The notes beneath the pieces were generated by a model, which ran no database searches, was not told the origin of the DNA, and saw nothing but the letters and a program-made list of their open reading frames with translations. A program made the translations under genes and the position numbers. Positions 25,452 to 37,900 of a stretch of DNA of 64,000 nucleotides are shown here, one piece after another; within the stretch, counting starts at the first letter, position 1, and each line of letters begins with the position of its first letter. Origin of the DNA: Malacoraja senta (taxonomy: Eukaryota); NCBI GenBank assembly GCA_038087875.1, contig CM075993.1:9302001-9366000 (forward strand). The letters are read 5' to 3'.

Positions 25452-26617
25452 GTTGCTAGCTGCCTCCGTCTTCAGTCCGGTATCTTTTTGTTTTTTTGTT
25501 ATGTTTGAAGAGCGTTTTTTGTGTTTTTTTTAAAATGTTTTTATGTGGGGAAAGAGGGTACGATAAGGGGGATACCGTCCTTCAGTCACTTCCTTGAGAG
25601 GATGCGACTATTATTCGAGTCGCGTCCTCGCCCCCCCCCCCGCTCAGGCAGCAGCGGAGCAACGTTGGAAACATCGCGGGGCGGGCGATGCCTTACCGGG
25701 GATCGCTGTTTGGAGCTCCGGAGTGCTTGGCCTGCTGCACCGACAGCGCGGTGCTCCCAACGCGGGCGGCGCTGACCAACATCACGGAGTCCTGCGACTC
25801 CACCCGGCTCGGCCTGCGGACTCCGGTGGGAGGTGGCTGTTCTGGAGGTCCAGGCCCTCTCGCCGGGAACGGTGGAACCCCGACGGAGAACATCCTCAGC
25901 GGCCCGGACCTCCAGATCAACCACCTCCCACCGGAGTCCGCAGGCCGAGCCGGGTGGAGTCGCAGGACTCCGCGATGTTGGTCAGCGCCGCCCGCGTTGG
26001 GAGCTCCGGAGTGCTGGGCCTGCTGCACCGACAGCGCGATGCTGTGGTTCGCAGAGCTCCCAACGCGGGCGGCGCTGACCAACATCGCGGAGTCCGGATG
26101 ATCTGGAGGTCCGGGCCGCTGAGGATGTTCTCCGTCGGGGTTCGGCGTCGGGGTTCCACCGTTCCCGGCGAGAGGGCCTGAGCATCGGGCCGCCCGTGGC
26201 GGCTACTGCGGGTGCTTGGGAGGCCCCGACCACGGGTGAACATAGAAACTAGGTACAGGAGTAGGCCCTTCGAGCCTGCACCGACATTAAATATGATCAT
26301 GGCTGATCATCCAACTCAGTATCCTGTACCTGCCTTCTCTCCATACCCCCCTGATCCCTTTAGCCACAAGGGCCACATCTAACTCCCTCTTAAATATAGA
26401 CCAACATCTGGGAAGATCGGCGGGGAGGCTGGCTGGACTATGGTACCTTCCTTAACTTTGGTGCCGCTGTGGGATTATGTTGTGTGTGGACTTCTGTGTT
26501 TGTGCTTTAAAAAAAAATGTTTATTTATTTATTATTTATTTTTATGTTACTTCACTGTAAGGAAAATCCATTTCGTTGTCTCTAGAATTAGATGACAATA
26601 AATTGAATACAACAACA
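25452..26617 (+). repeat. Unclassified GC-rich non-coding SINE-like/non-LTR-derived element, containing a CR1 3'-end insertion at ~26240-26400
   Basis: T-rich 5' part, CpG-rich core and caataaa plus short repeat tail. Similar architecture at ~51560-52459 and ~56495-57140. Confidence 0.5.
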
Positions 26618-26757
26618 ATTCACTCACTCACTCGTTCATTCATTCATTCATTCATGAAGTACATGAACTACATATATATATATATATATAGGTATAATCA
26701 TATGGTTTAAATGGACTGCAACACGGAAATAGGCTGCCCATGGTGTAATATGGGCAT

Positions 26758-26775
26758 TGGCCACTAGATGGCGCT
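26758..26775 (+). promoter_or_regulatory. CTCF-type motif inside the Academ-like element
   Basis: TGGCCACTAGATGGCGCT closely fits the CTCF core consensus; binding not shown. Confidence 0.45.
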
Positions 26776-27330
26776 TACTTTCCGATCTTATTTTCTAATT
26801 AGTTTAATTAATTAATGTGCAGCTTTTGGCAATGACGAGTTATGACATCCTTCTCACTTATATTTCATCTAAATCTGTGGAAAATTTCATGTAGTTTGGT
26901 GACTTGGGTCACGAAAACTGGATTCTAAACACATTTTTGATGCTCGGCCCACAGCCTAATTGTGGGATATATCATGTCTTGATTGGTGAATATGTTTAGT
27001 TTGTGACTTTATTTGAAGCAGAAATAATATGTGAATGCTTCATTGAGTATAATTCCGACTGGCAACTGCGCACTTCGTCCGAGTACATTATCGCACGTGT
27101 CGTGCAAGCCATCCTAAATGACCACCTAAACTGTCATTTGGCAACCTAAAAAGCTGCCAAGGATGGCAACAGGGAAAAAAAGTTAAGCGAGAGCCCTGTA
27201 TTGCCATGTTTTAATAATACAAATATCATATTTGTAGAAATATGAATGCAATTTATGAAGTTATGTATTCAGTTAAGATTTTAACCTATACTTTGAAGCT
27301 TGAACTACTTTGTTCAGTTTGTTGTTCCAT

Positions 27331-27408
27331 TAAATAAAATATCAATGAGTATTTGTTATTTTTATGTGATAAATAAAATATCAATGAGTATTTGTTATTT
27401 TTATGTGA
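27331..27408 (+). repeat. Perfect 39-bp tandem duplication
   Basis: taaataaaatatcaatgagtatttgttatttttatgtga occurs twice in a row. Confidence 0.9.
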
Positions 27409-30400
27409 TACAATGCCGAAATAAAGTCGGGGGGAGGGGATTACAGCTATCTCCTCCTGATGTCTTAGCAGTAACTAAAGGGGAAGAGCATTGTATTCAG
27501 ATGCTGACTTTGTACTTTGTGAACACTGCAAATTACTTGCATTTCTGCATTAGTCTCTTTAAACATTGGGTTTTAGACTGCAGCAAGCAGCCAATCAACA
27601 GCATTGCAGGAGTATCTTCACTGGGAGGACCAGTAGCTCAAGAAGTTGGTTAACCACAGTCTTCTCAATAAATAGATGTTCAATAAATATTGGACAGGGA
27701 AGAATATCATGAAACTCTAAATGAACAAAGACTTCAATGAGAGCCCATTTCCCTCATATATCTTAGTAAAATGGCTATTGTTAATAGTAATCTTTGAAAA
27801 CTGATGCAAGTAGATTATATTGTTTCTAATGAGAAAATCAAGACATACAATACAGTTAATCCTCGTTTTTATGGAACTCTTTATAACGGATTTTGGTGAT
27901 TGCAGATGGACCAACCAACCTTCACCGCCAGTCCAGGCTGAGTTTCTGGCCCATTCCAGGCCAGGCTGCCGACGCTACCCCTAGATCGCACTGCAACCCC
28001 TGCCTCTTCCAGGCCGGGTTACTGATGCCAGCTCGCACCGCCACCCCGGCTGCTTAAAGGCCGAACCTACTGCCGCCACCCCCGGCCCACACTGCTTCTT
28101 TGGCCCCTTCCAGGCTGCGCTGCCACCACAACTGCCGAATCGGCATGCCCAATGCCAGAGCGGGCTGCAGCTGTCCCCGGTGCTGGATTGGGATGCGGAT
28201 TTTGAAATTTGGAAAAAAAATCTCCGCTATAAAATTTCTCCACTGTCATTTATAGCGGATAAATTTTATAGCAGAGATTTTTTGTGCGCATATAAATTTT
28301 CTTTGTGCGCTGGTTGCTAAACGTGTGTGCGCGCTCGCGCACATGCGCACAGCTTGGAGGGAACATTGCCTATTTCTAAATTTTAATGAAGGCAGGCATA
28401 AATGTGAAATTCATCTCCAGCTTCAGTGTGTCAGCTGCATGAGAAAATTTATATTTGCAAAGCAAGATCTCAATCCAGGCCCAATATTCATGGCAAACCA
28501 TGCAGCAGTGATCCCAATAAGCGAATACGGTATTCCGAAAAATGCAAGGAATCATAGGTTTTGTCAAGGTCATTCCCCATAAAGAAAAAGCGAACGAAGT
28601 GCTGGCTGAAGAAACTGTGTATAAATTCTTTATTTTTATCTTTATTCATAATTTATGTAAAAATATTTAATCTGAGGAACGGGGGTGCCGTGTGGTCACA
28701 TTATAGGAAAATTAATGTATTAATGTATTCCAGACTGGAACACAACTATAATAGTTTCTGAGTCTAATTTCACTATTATGCTAATTTCAAGGCAATGGAA
28801 TTCTTTAGCCTCATCTATGAATATGAATGAGAAATGAAATTCTCGATTCCAGAGAGACTCCCATAAATGGTCAACTCCTCATTCCCCCCCAAAGGAACAG
28901 GTAGCAGGAGAGCGGTGTGTAACAGCGAGACAGAGAGGGGGGTAGATGCGAGTGGGAGACAGCGGAGTGCGGGCACACAGACCCGCGCCTCATCCGCAGC
29001 CAGGATCGAACCCGGGTCCCCGGCATCGCAAGTGCTGCCGAACCGCCACTGGACTGGCCCCCCAAGTGTCCCATTCCCTCCTGGTGGGCGGCCAGAGACG
29101 TCCTGGGCGACTCCGGACCGACGACATCAGCGGCCCCAGGCCTACAGCCAGCGCGGTGAAGAAGCACCAATCCCAGCTCAACTACGCCTGTCCTGCTGGG
29201 CTAACCGACAGCCCCGGACCGACGGAACACCAGCACTCCCAAACCCACAACCAGCGTGGAGAAGATGCGCCAACTCCAGCCCAACCCAACTCCAACTGTC
29301 GGGGACCGCTAGCGACCGCCAGCCAACTCACCCGGCGAAAGCCGAGCACCAGCCATCAACGGGGACACACCCAAAGCACTGCAGCAACTCAGCTGGGACA
29401 GGCAACATCCCCAGAGAAAAGGAATGGATGACGTTTCGGGTCGAGACCCTTCTCCAGAGATGTTGCCTGATCCGCCGAGCCACCACAGCACCCCGTGTGC
29501 ATCCCCGCCGATGACCGGTACTCAGCCCCCGCCAGCACTGAGGGGGCCAACCAAAAGTCATTGAACAAGGAGAGAGGCGCAGCTGACGGTCCCCGGCCCG
29601 CTGGGGAATGGCCACTCCGGGAGCCGGAGCAAAGCAGAGCCGAGCCAGCGCCTTCACCCCCATGCCGGCTGCAAGCCCGGCTGACACCACCAGCCACCTC
29701 CGGACAGGGACGGGACACCCGGGAGGAGACGGGGGCGGCCCAGCAGCAACTCAACAGCAACTGCAGCGCCAGAGACCTGAGCTCGACCCTGACCCCACGC
29801 AGCAGCACGATCTCGCTCACTCACCGAAGCATCTTTAGAACTTTGTCTGTGTGTGTATATGTGTCTTTATATTTTCGCCAAAACGCTATGCGGCAAAGAT
29901 CAATTTTTTAATATATTCTGACACAATTTTCCCATCTAAGCAGTGATCAGCTTCATTTAAGATTTGATGCTATTTTTCATGACATTGGTGATTAAAGTTA
30001 AAAAATACGACAAAACTGCCCTGTAAGTTTCGATTGATGACGTCACAATGAGGTGGGCGGCCATGATGGCTCGGGTCGGCGCCCGTTTCACACCCAGAAT
30101 CCTGCATGAGCTTCGAGTGACGTCAGTGGGAGGGCTGCATTTAAATTAATGTTCTGCTTTTTCTGACCCGGCCATCAAGGAGGCTTCGAGACCACGGCGG
30201 TGAAGGAGACATCGAGACCGCGGTGGTGAGGCCTTACGACGATGAATAACCCCCCCCCCCCTGGGTTATTCACACCCACCCTGGGTTATTCACACCCCCC
30301 CCCCCGGCGGGCCCCCTCCCTCCCTCCCCCCGCTGCCTCAAACAAGCAGCCAACACCCCCCCCCCCCCGGGGTTATTCACAACTCCCCGCCCCCTCCCTC

Positions 30401-30459
30401 CCGCTGCCTCAAAAAAGCAGCCAACATCATCAAAGACCTACACCATCCTAGCCACACAC

Positions 30460-31807
30460 CAGGAACGTGCTGTGAGTAATTACTCAAGGTAGGCAGTCAG
30501 TCGGCTTTTAAAAAAGAATCTTAAACCGCGCTTGCGCAGATTGTTCTTTCCGTAAAAATTAAAAATAAAAAGAAGTAACAATTCAATTTGCCCAAGGCAT
30601 TAAAAAATCTCCTTAATTTTGAATTACTGTATGGGTGGGCGATGGAGGATGAAGGCAGGTGGAGAGATGGTGGGAAAAACGGGAGCACACCGGGACAAGT
30701 TGAATCAGTTGTGATCTTATTGAATGACAATACTTGTTCAAGGGACCAATTGGAGGGAGAGTTCCTTTTGCAGCGTGTGGGGAGTCTGGCCAGGGGTTAA
30801 AGTTGCGGGGAGGGCAGGAGTGTTGAGAAGGAGGGGGTCGGGGATCATGCCTGTAACTCACTCACCGCTGCCACAGTGCTCCGGGCACAGAGCCACCGCC
30901 GGGACCTCAGCGCTTTCTGCTGGCCCGCTTACCTCTGGCAGTGCTCTCCGTCTGAACATCTCTCACCTGCCGCTCGCCGGCTTCGCTCATGTCAGCCGCT
31001 TCCCGCAAATCCTTAAATTCTGACAGCCGAGTAACCTCAATTGGTCCCTCGATCATGCTGTCGGAATTTAAAATTGGCTGACATGAGCGAGGCTGGCGAG
31101 CAGCAGGAGAGAGGGTTTCAGATGGAGAGCACTGCCAGAGGTGAGCAGGGGCCAGCAGAAGGGGCTGTCCGGCCCCGGCAGCCGTTCGTAGCCACCCGAG
31201 CTAATTCACTCCCCGGCCACAATGCAGTGGCTCCGCGCCCGGAGCGTCGCAAGTGGGTTACTGGCATGATCCCCGATCCCCTCCTTCACAACGCTCCTGC
31301 CCTCCCCACAACTTTACCCCGGGCCAGACTCCCCAAACGCTGTGAAAGGAACTCTCTCTCTCCCTCCCCCCCCCCCCGGAAATATGGTATTTAAAAACAT
31401 ATAACACCTAGCGATTTACCTACCACATTATTGGTGCACGAACTCCATTCTTCTCTCTTTGTTTCCTAAAATACACTTAAGATAATGATAATCCATATTT
31501 GAAAAACCCACCAAGAAACTTGCGCTGCGCATGAGCAGTACTGCAAAGGCAGAATTTCAGCTGCCTTCAGCTCCCCTTGAAATTTACGGCTTGAAGCAGC
31601 GCCGATGGCATGTGGGCTGCACAGACCTTCGCGTGTTGCAAGTACTGTGCATGAAAGGCACGGAGAATGATGCCTACCTAAGAGATTGATCTCTTAGATA
31701 GGCATAATTCTCCCATGCCTTTACTATTTATATTTAATAATTACCATTTTATAATTTTAGTCAGGGTAGGCAGTGCCTACCTTGCCTACCCTGACGGCAC
31801 GCGCCTG
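30460..31807. mobile_element. Non-autonomous TIR element (CAGG...CCTG, hAT-like) inserted in a Rex/Babar 3' end
   Basis: Left caggaacgtgctgt...caaggtaggca pairs with right tgcctaccttg...acggcacgcgcctg. The flanks rejoin as one LINE 3' end. TSD not clear. Confidence 0.55.
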
Positions 31808-32740
31808 CTCATTTCACCATTGCCATCGGGAAGAAGGTGCAGGAGCCTGAAAACTGTAATGTCCAGATTCAGGAACAGCTTCTTCCCTACAGCCAAGCAA
31901 GCAAGAATTTAATTGTCCTATCTGGGACATATGACAATAAAACACTCTTGACTCTCGACTGCCGCCCGACCCCCCTTGGCACCACCCCCAACCCCCCGCT
32001 CCCCGCCCCCCAACGTGGGGCCGATTGATTACCTCCATAAATTCCATAATTTTCCTTGTGGGTGTGATTGACTCCGGGGGCGCCTGTCTCCGGGGTGAGT
32101 GTGGACCTTTGACCTGGGAATGCACAGTCGGAATACCGAACTCACTTATAGATGTTCATAAATTGGAAAAGCATCCAGGATAGTACTGAAAACAACCGAC
32201 TATTCCAGAAGTACTCAAAAGCCCAGACAGCAGAATAATAGCATCACCACCCTAACTAACTACCCACCTGTCAAGTCATGGCATTAAAGTTACAAACAAA
32301 ATACTGGAGTAACTCAGCAGGTCAGGGAGCATCTCTGGAGAAAAGGAATATGTGACATTTCGGATAACCATTCTTGAGACTCAGGCTAAGGCCACCTCCG
32401 GAAAGGGACAGGACACCCTGGAGGGAACAGGGAGGTCCCAGCAGCAACTCAACAACGCCTGCAGCGGTGGAGACCCGGGCTTGACCCCACGCAGCAGCAC
32501 GATCTCGCTCACTCATCTTTATAACTTTAAAAGTCGCATCTTGTCTGTGTGTGCATACGTAGCAATGTTACAACATTTTGAAATTTAAAAAATCAAGTCT
32601 GCAATTTATCCCATCAGATAAAGCATAAAAATAAGTTTAATTTGACCTAATTCACTTTCATATCTTCAGTATTAAAAAAGTTATGGCCATTTTCATACTC
32701 GGAAAATAGCATCTTGTTCCCTATTGCTTTTCCATTGACT

Positions 32741-34383
32741 TTTCCATTACCTGCCCCCTCGACACTGTCCACTCTGCCCTCCTAAAGGACGTCATTACAA
32801 CAGCTGGTCTCAGAATCCTCGCCATCTTCAACAGCTCTCTGGCCACTGGCACTGTACCTACCTGCTTCAAGCATGCGGTGGTCCAACCACTCCTGAAAAA
32901 ACCTAACCTCGACCCCACATTGCCAAGCAACTACAGACCCATTTCTAAACTGCCTTTCCTCTCAAAAGCCCTTGAAAAGGTAATTTTAAGTCAACTTATA
33001 CCTTACCTTCACCAAAACACTATCTTGGAAACTTTCCAATCAGATTTCAGGGCTCACCATAGCACAGAGTCTGCCTTGTTGAAGGTACACAATGACCTAC
33101 TGCTCACCGTTGACTCCGGCGACTGTGCAATTCTGCTCCTTCTTGACCTCAGCGCAGCATTTGATACTGTCGACCACACCATCCTAATTGACCGTCTCCG
33201 GTATGGGGTTGGTATTGATGGCACTGCCCTGAGCTGGTTCATCTCCTACCTCAAAGGTAGGAGTTTCTCGACTAACATAGGCAACTCATTCTCCTCCCTG
33301 GCTAATCTCTGCTGTGTGGTTCCACAAGGTTCCATCCTTGGCCCCATTCTCTTCTCCCTGTATATGCTCCCCTTAGGCCAAGTCATTGAAAGACATGGCA
33401 TTTCCTTCCATTGCTACGCAGACGATACACAACTCTATCTCCCCCTGATGCCCAAAAACCAATCAAATCTGTTTAACCTTACCCACTGCCTCGAGGATAT
33501 AAAGTGTTGGATGGCCCAGAACTTCCTCCAACTAAACGAGAGTAAGTCTGAGGTCATCCTTCTCGGCCCCTCGGACTCAATCAAAATGATAGCAGGCAGC
33601 CTTGGAAGCCTTACCCCACTACTCAAACCTCACGTCAAAAACCTTGGCGTGATATTTGACTCAGCACTGAAATTTGACAAACAAGTCAATGCCGTGGTAA
33701 AAGCTAGCTTCTTTCAGCTTTGGATGATAGCTAAAATAAAACAATTCCTCCAGTTTGATGACCTCGAAAAGATCATCCACACATTCATCTCCTCCCGCCT
33801 AGATTACTGCAACTCCCATTACACTGGCATCAGCCAATCTTCCCTGTCCCACCTGCAACTGGTCCAAAACGCCGCAGCGAGACTCCTGACGGGCACCCGA
33901 AAAAGGGACATCACCCCGATCCTGGCCTCTCTCCACTGGCTCCCTGTGCGGTTCCGTATAAACTTCAAGATCCCCCTCCATGTCTACAAAGCCCTCAATG
34001 GGCTTGCCCCCACCTACATAAAGAGTCTTCTCACCCACCACTCCACCTCCAGGCCCCTCAGATCGGCCGACTTGGGGTTGCTGAATATCCCACGGTCTAG
34101 GCATAAGCTCAGGGGCGACCGCGCCTTTGCGGTTGCAGCTCCTAGACTGTGGAACAGCATCCCCTTTCCCATCAGAACTGCCCCCTCCATCGACTCTTTT
34201 AAGTCAAGACTAAAGACTTATCTATACTCCCAAGCCTTTCCTGCCGTCCTCTGAGTGAGGGCTACATGTATATATGTATGTAGTTTGTTTTGTTGTGCTA
34301 TTCTTATAACAAATGTAAAGCATTTTGGCCAACGAGAGTTGTTTTTTAAATGTGCTATATAAATAAATGTGACGACTTGACTT
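32741..34383 (+). mobile_element. 5'-truncated L2-clade LINE; RT/C-terminal ORF open to 34254; (GACTT)n tail
   Basis: ORF 32878-34254 carries YRPISKLPFLSK, LLDLSAAFDTVDH, PQGSILGP, YADDTQLY and LHWLPV motifs. The 3' UTR ends aataaatgtgacgacttgactt. Confidence 0.9.
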
Positions 34384-34906
34384 AACTCAAAAGCTGTGAT
34401 CGAGGACTGTCAAAAGCCCATAACTTTCATTAAAAATTAAGAGAACTGAATGAAATTTTCAGTTATTATAGATTGAAGCATTCTGAAACAAATATGAAAC
34501 AATCTTACTTGGATTACCTGAAATTAAAGCATATAATTAGTTAGTTACCTAATTGTAGCTAATTACAAAATTCAATTACTAGATCGAAACATCTATCAAT
34601 TTCTTAAGAAAAGATTAACATTTTTAAATAGCCTGTGTCCAAATAAACATTCACACGAGAATTCACAATATAACATGATTTTTAAATCTCATTGTCATGA
34701 ATTTATAGGCCAAATGGAAGGAATTTAGTGTTTAATTCCCATAAATTAATCGCCATTTAAATCATCTTGCGAGTGGGATTTTGTGGAACGGGACCGATTG
34801 GAACGTTGCATTTGCGGTGAATTTAAACCCCATATCGGCAGGAAAAATACTGCCGGTTCGTATATTTACATAGTCACCTTTTCGCAACGTAAAATTTTGA
34901 TTAAAG

Positions 34907-37900
34907 TAGGTATGTTACAAAACTTACCTTCAGTCGCGCTGTAATTCTGCCACTGGCCGTGTGCGCGATTTTGCCGCCTTTAAGGGGGGGGCGGGGTTAA
35001 AACGCGGTTTCTCCTTCCTTGTGCTGAATTATATTTTGTTGGAGTACCAGCCTCGGTGAAAGAATCGTTCCGGGTGCCGTTTTGCGTAGTTTGTTTAAAA
35101 AATCTCCCAACAAGTTCAGCGTTGGAATCATTTTAAAATCATCTTCTGAAGCGTCAACGCCAACAACGGGGACGGATTTCACACAAGGGAAAGGTAAACG
35201 AATGTGCCCTATTTTAATGTATAAACGTTCTGCTTAAGAGGCCTTTAATTCACTTTTTTTCATGCGACACGGTGATTTTTCCCCCCGAATTAACGGCAGT
35301 ATTTTTCATGCCAATACGGGGTTAAATTCACCGCAAATGAACGTTCCAAATAATCGCGTTCCAGAAATCCCCATTCGCAAGATGATATAAATTCCCATTA
35401 ATTTACAGGTATTAAACATTCAATTCCTTCCATTTGGCCTGTAAATTCATGAAAATTAGATTTAAAAATTATGTTATATTGTGAATTATTGTGTGAATGT
35501 TATTTGGACACTTAAGCTTTTTAAAAATGTTAAACTATTCTTAAATAAATGGATAGATGTTTAAATCTAGTAATTGAATTTAGATGAAACTGATGATTTT
35601 CTTGTTGAGTATTTACTATTTGTTTTAGCATTTAACTTTATCATTTCTACCTTTTTTTCTAAAGCTGCAAATAATAACTTGTTTCTGTTAATGATGTTCA
35701 GTGTTTTTTTTAAAATTTACATTGTAAATAGATGTCTCCAAAGAAGAAATGCAAAATTGTCAATCCAAAAGCCCAGGCAGGCATAGCTAGAGTTCAACTT
35801 GAAGAGAAGTTCTCTGTCATGCCTGAGTCTAAGAGGGATCTTAAAAATGGACACATCTTGTACTTGTATACCTCGTTTGGAAAAAGTCTGCCTGAAACAG
35901 AGAAATCGCTGAGTTCACATTTCTCTTTGTCGGATGCAGAAGGCTATTCATTTGTTACTGTTAAGTTAAAAGTGAAGACTCTCGTTAACCGGACTTTGCT
36001 TGAGTTTAAAAAACTCACCAATCCCAAGGAACTTGGAGTATTTATGGAAATTTGTGATGAAACTTTTAAACTTCCGGAAGGCAGTCAACACATTTCTTTA
36101 GATGACATTCCACTGCCTGGTGCTCAAGATCCTGAATCCTTGACATCTGCCGAAAGCCAAGTGCCCATATTTCAAGACACTGAGGACATGGGCGATGACA
36201 GTCATAGTCTGCATCCTCCACTGAATCTAGCAATGCCAACGACACCTGCTGCCTCACCTGATCCAATGCCATCGACATCTAGTGTTTCAAAAAGATGTAC
36301 CAGAGAATTTCTAAGTCTTTCACCAGGGAAACAAAAATTGACGAAAAGACTAAAGTATATGTACGAATCCAGGGCTGCTCTTTCAACAAAGTATCACACA
36401 AAGATCAGTGAACTTAGGGCACGGTTGAAAACTCCCAAACGTATAGTTAATCAAGCCTTAAAGAGAAAGCAAAACCAAATAGATTTAAAGGACAGAAAGA
36501 TTCAGGAACTCAAAACCAAATTACGTGATAATACTTCTGCACGAGTGCTTGCTAACACCAAGGCAGAGTTTTTGAAACTTAAAAAAGCACACAGACAATT
36601 GCTGATGTTTCGTGGCAGTACGAAAAGGAGGAAAACTGTTTCAATTCACCAGTACAGAAAAGTTCATGAAAATTTAAAGGACAGGGAAGAGGATGTGAGA
36701 CGCCTCGAATTTGACAATCTTGTCCTCAAAGAAACAATCGAAAATCTGCAGGCTGCCAGTATTGTCAAGGCAAAGGTGGGCCAGAAAACCTATTCCTCAA
36801 CAATAAGGATGCATGTGTTTGACAGTATTGTAAACAAAACTCCCACAGCAAACATTCCAATCCTGCTAAGCCAGTTCTACAAGCGGAGTGGACTTCATCT
36901 GGATTATGTTCCTCGACGCAGTGCAGTTGAAGTTATGGCCCAAGAATTGGGAGCTATTGCTGAGTTGCAAACAGCAGAGATGCTCCTTGCAACAAGCGGT
37001 TTGACTGTTGGGTTTGATGCAACCACCCAGGAAGAGACCCACATTAACAGTGTTCATTTCACCACCACAAACAACTGTCTCTCTGCAGCAGTTGATGAAT
37101 TGGCTGGTGGGACTGCTGAGGACTATGCACAACATATTTGCGAAACAATTGACAATTTGTGTAAAACTTACATTTATTTTAATGAGCAAACAAATTTTCA
37201 AGATACAAGACAAAAGATAATCGACAACATTTCAAACACAATGAGTGACAGGTGTGCAGCTAATCATGCTGCTATTAGAATTGTGAGTAGTGAGTGGGGT
37301 AAATATTTGAACGAGCTCTACTGCCACTTGCATCCTCTTGACTCCATTGCTACATCAGTTCGCTCAGCCCTAAAAATGCAGAAACAATCCGGAGGACAAT
37401 TCTTATTTGGGAAAGACTGTCTAGCAGTAAATGCCATACTGCAGATGAGCAAACTTAGATACAAAAACGGAAAAGGGGACCCAAAAGGATTTGTCGCATT
37501 TTTAGATGACAGGAACATCCCCCGAGGTGTCCTCCCACGGTACCGTGGCAACAGATTGCACATACTGTTTCATATTAGTGGCAAGCTGATAGAATATTAT
37601 GATGACTTTGTTGCACTGCTGAATAGCGGAACATCCTGTGGGGGGTTGAAAAGCGCCATCCTCCATGACTTCACCCAGGCTGAAGCAAAAGTAGAACTTC
37701 AGATATTGGGCTTACTTGGCAAATATCTGACTGGGCCTTGGATGAAACGCTTCTACACTTCAAGCCAGAATCAGATCAACCATGTTGATGGCATCAAAGT
37801 GGTTAAAGGGGTGATTGCTGCTCTAAAGGAAGCCACAGAAAATCCAGAGAACATCATATTGGCAAGGGAAGATTTCTTCGGTGAGGAGGTACATCTTGAC

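Larger units (their letters stand above)
24804..26958. mobile_element. Non-autonomous TIR element with TAG...CTA ends and 3-bp TSD (Academ-like)
   Basis: TIR TAGGCTGTGGGCCGAG plus a subterminal IR (ttcgtgacccaagtcaccaaactacatgaaatttt). TSD ATT. The empty site gtc-att-gtgg is visible at ~49388-49397 in the sister hAT5-like copy. Confidence 0.7.
22787..27198. mobile_element. Non-autonomous hAT5-like element (5-bp TSD), copy 1
   Basis: Ends CAGGGCTCG... / ...GAGAGCCCTG; TSD TATTG on both sides; both ends shared with 46530-49633. Confidence 0.8.
22617..28368. mobile_element. Non-autonomous hAT element (8-bp TSD) hosting nested insertions
   Basis: TIRs CAATGTTCCCTCTAA / TTGGAGGGAACATTG; TSD CCCATTTC / CCTATTTC (1 mismatch). 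Confidence 0.75.

Noticed and set aside
25521..26300. Cluster of overlapping 80-195 aa ORFs on both strands
   Set aside because: Explained by high GC content and the internal inverted duplication; no recognisable protein.
24801..26961. PIF/Harbinger assignment (tta|GGC...GCC|taa)
   Set aside because: The flanking trinucleotides would differ (TTA versus TAA), and the empty site supports TSD ATT with TAG...CTA ends.
27331..27408. CRISPR-like or functional repeat array
   Set aside because: Only two adjacent units with no spacer, in eukaryotic intronic DNA.
28867..29911. GC-rich ORFs up to 215 aa
   Set aside because: They run through SINE-like and pLTR fragments; stop-poor because of composition.
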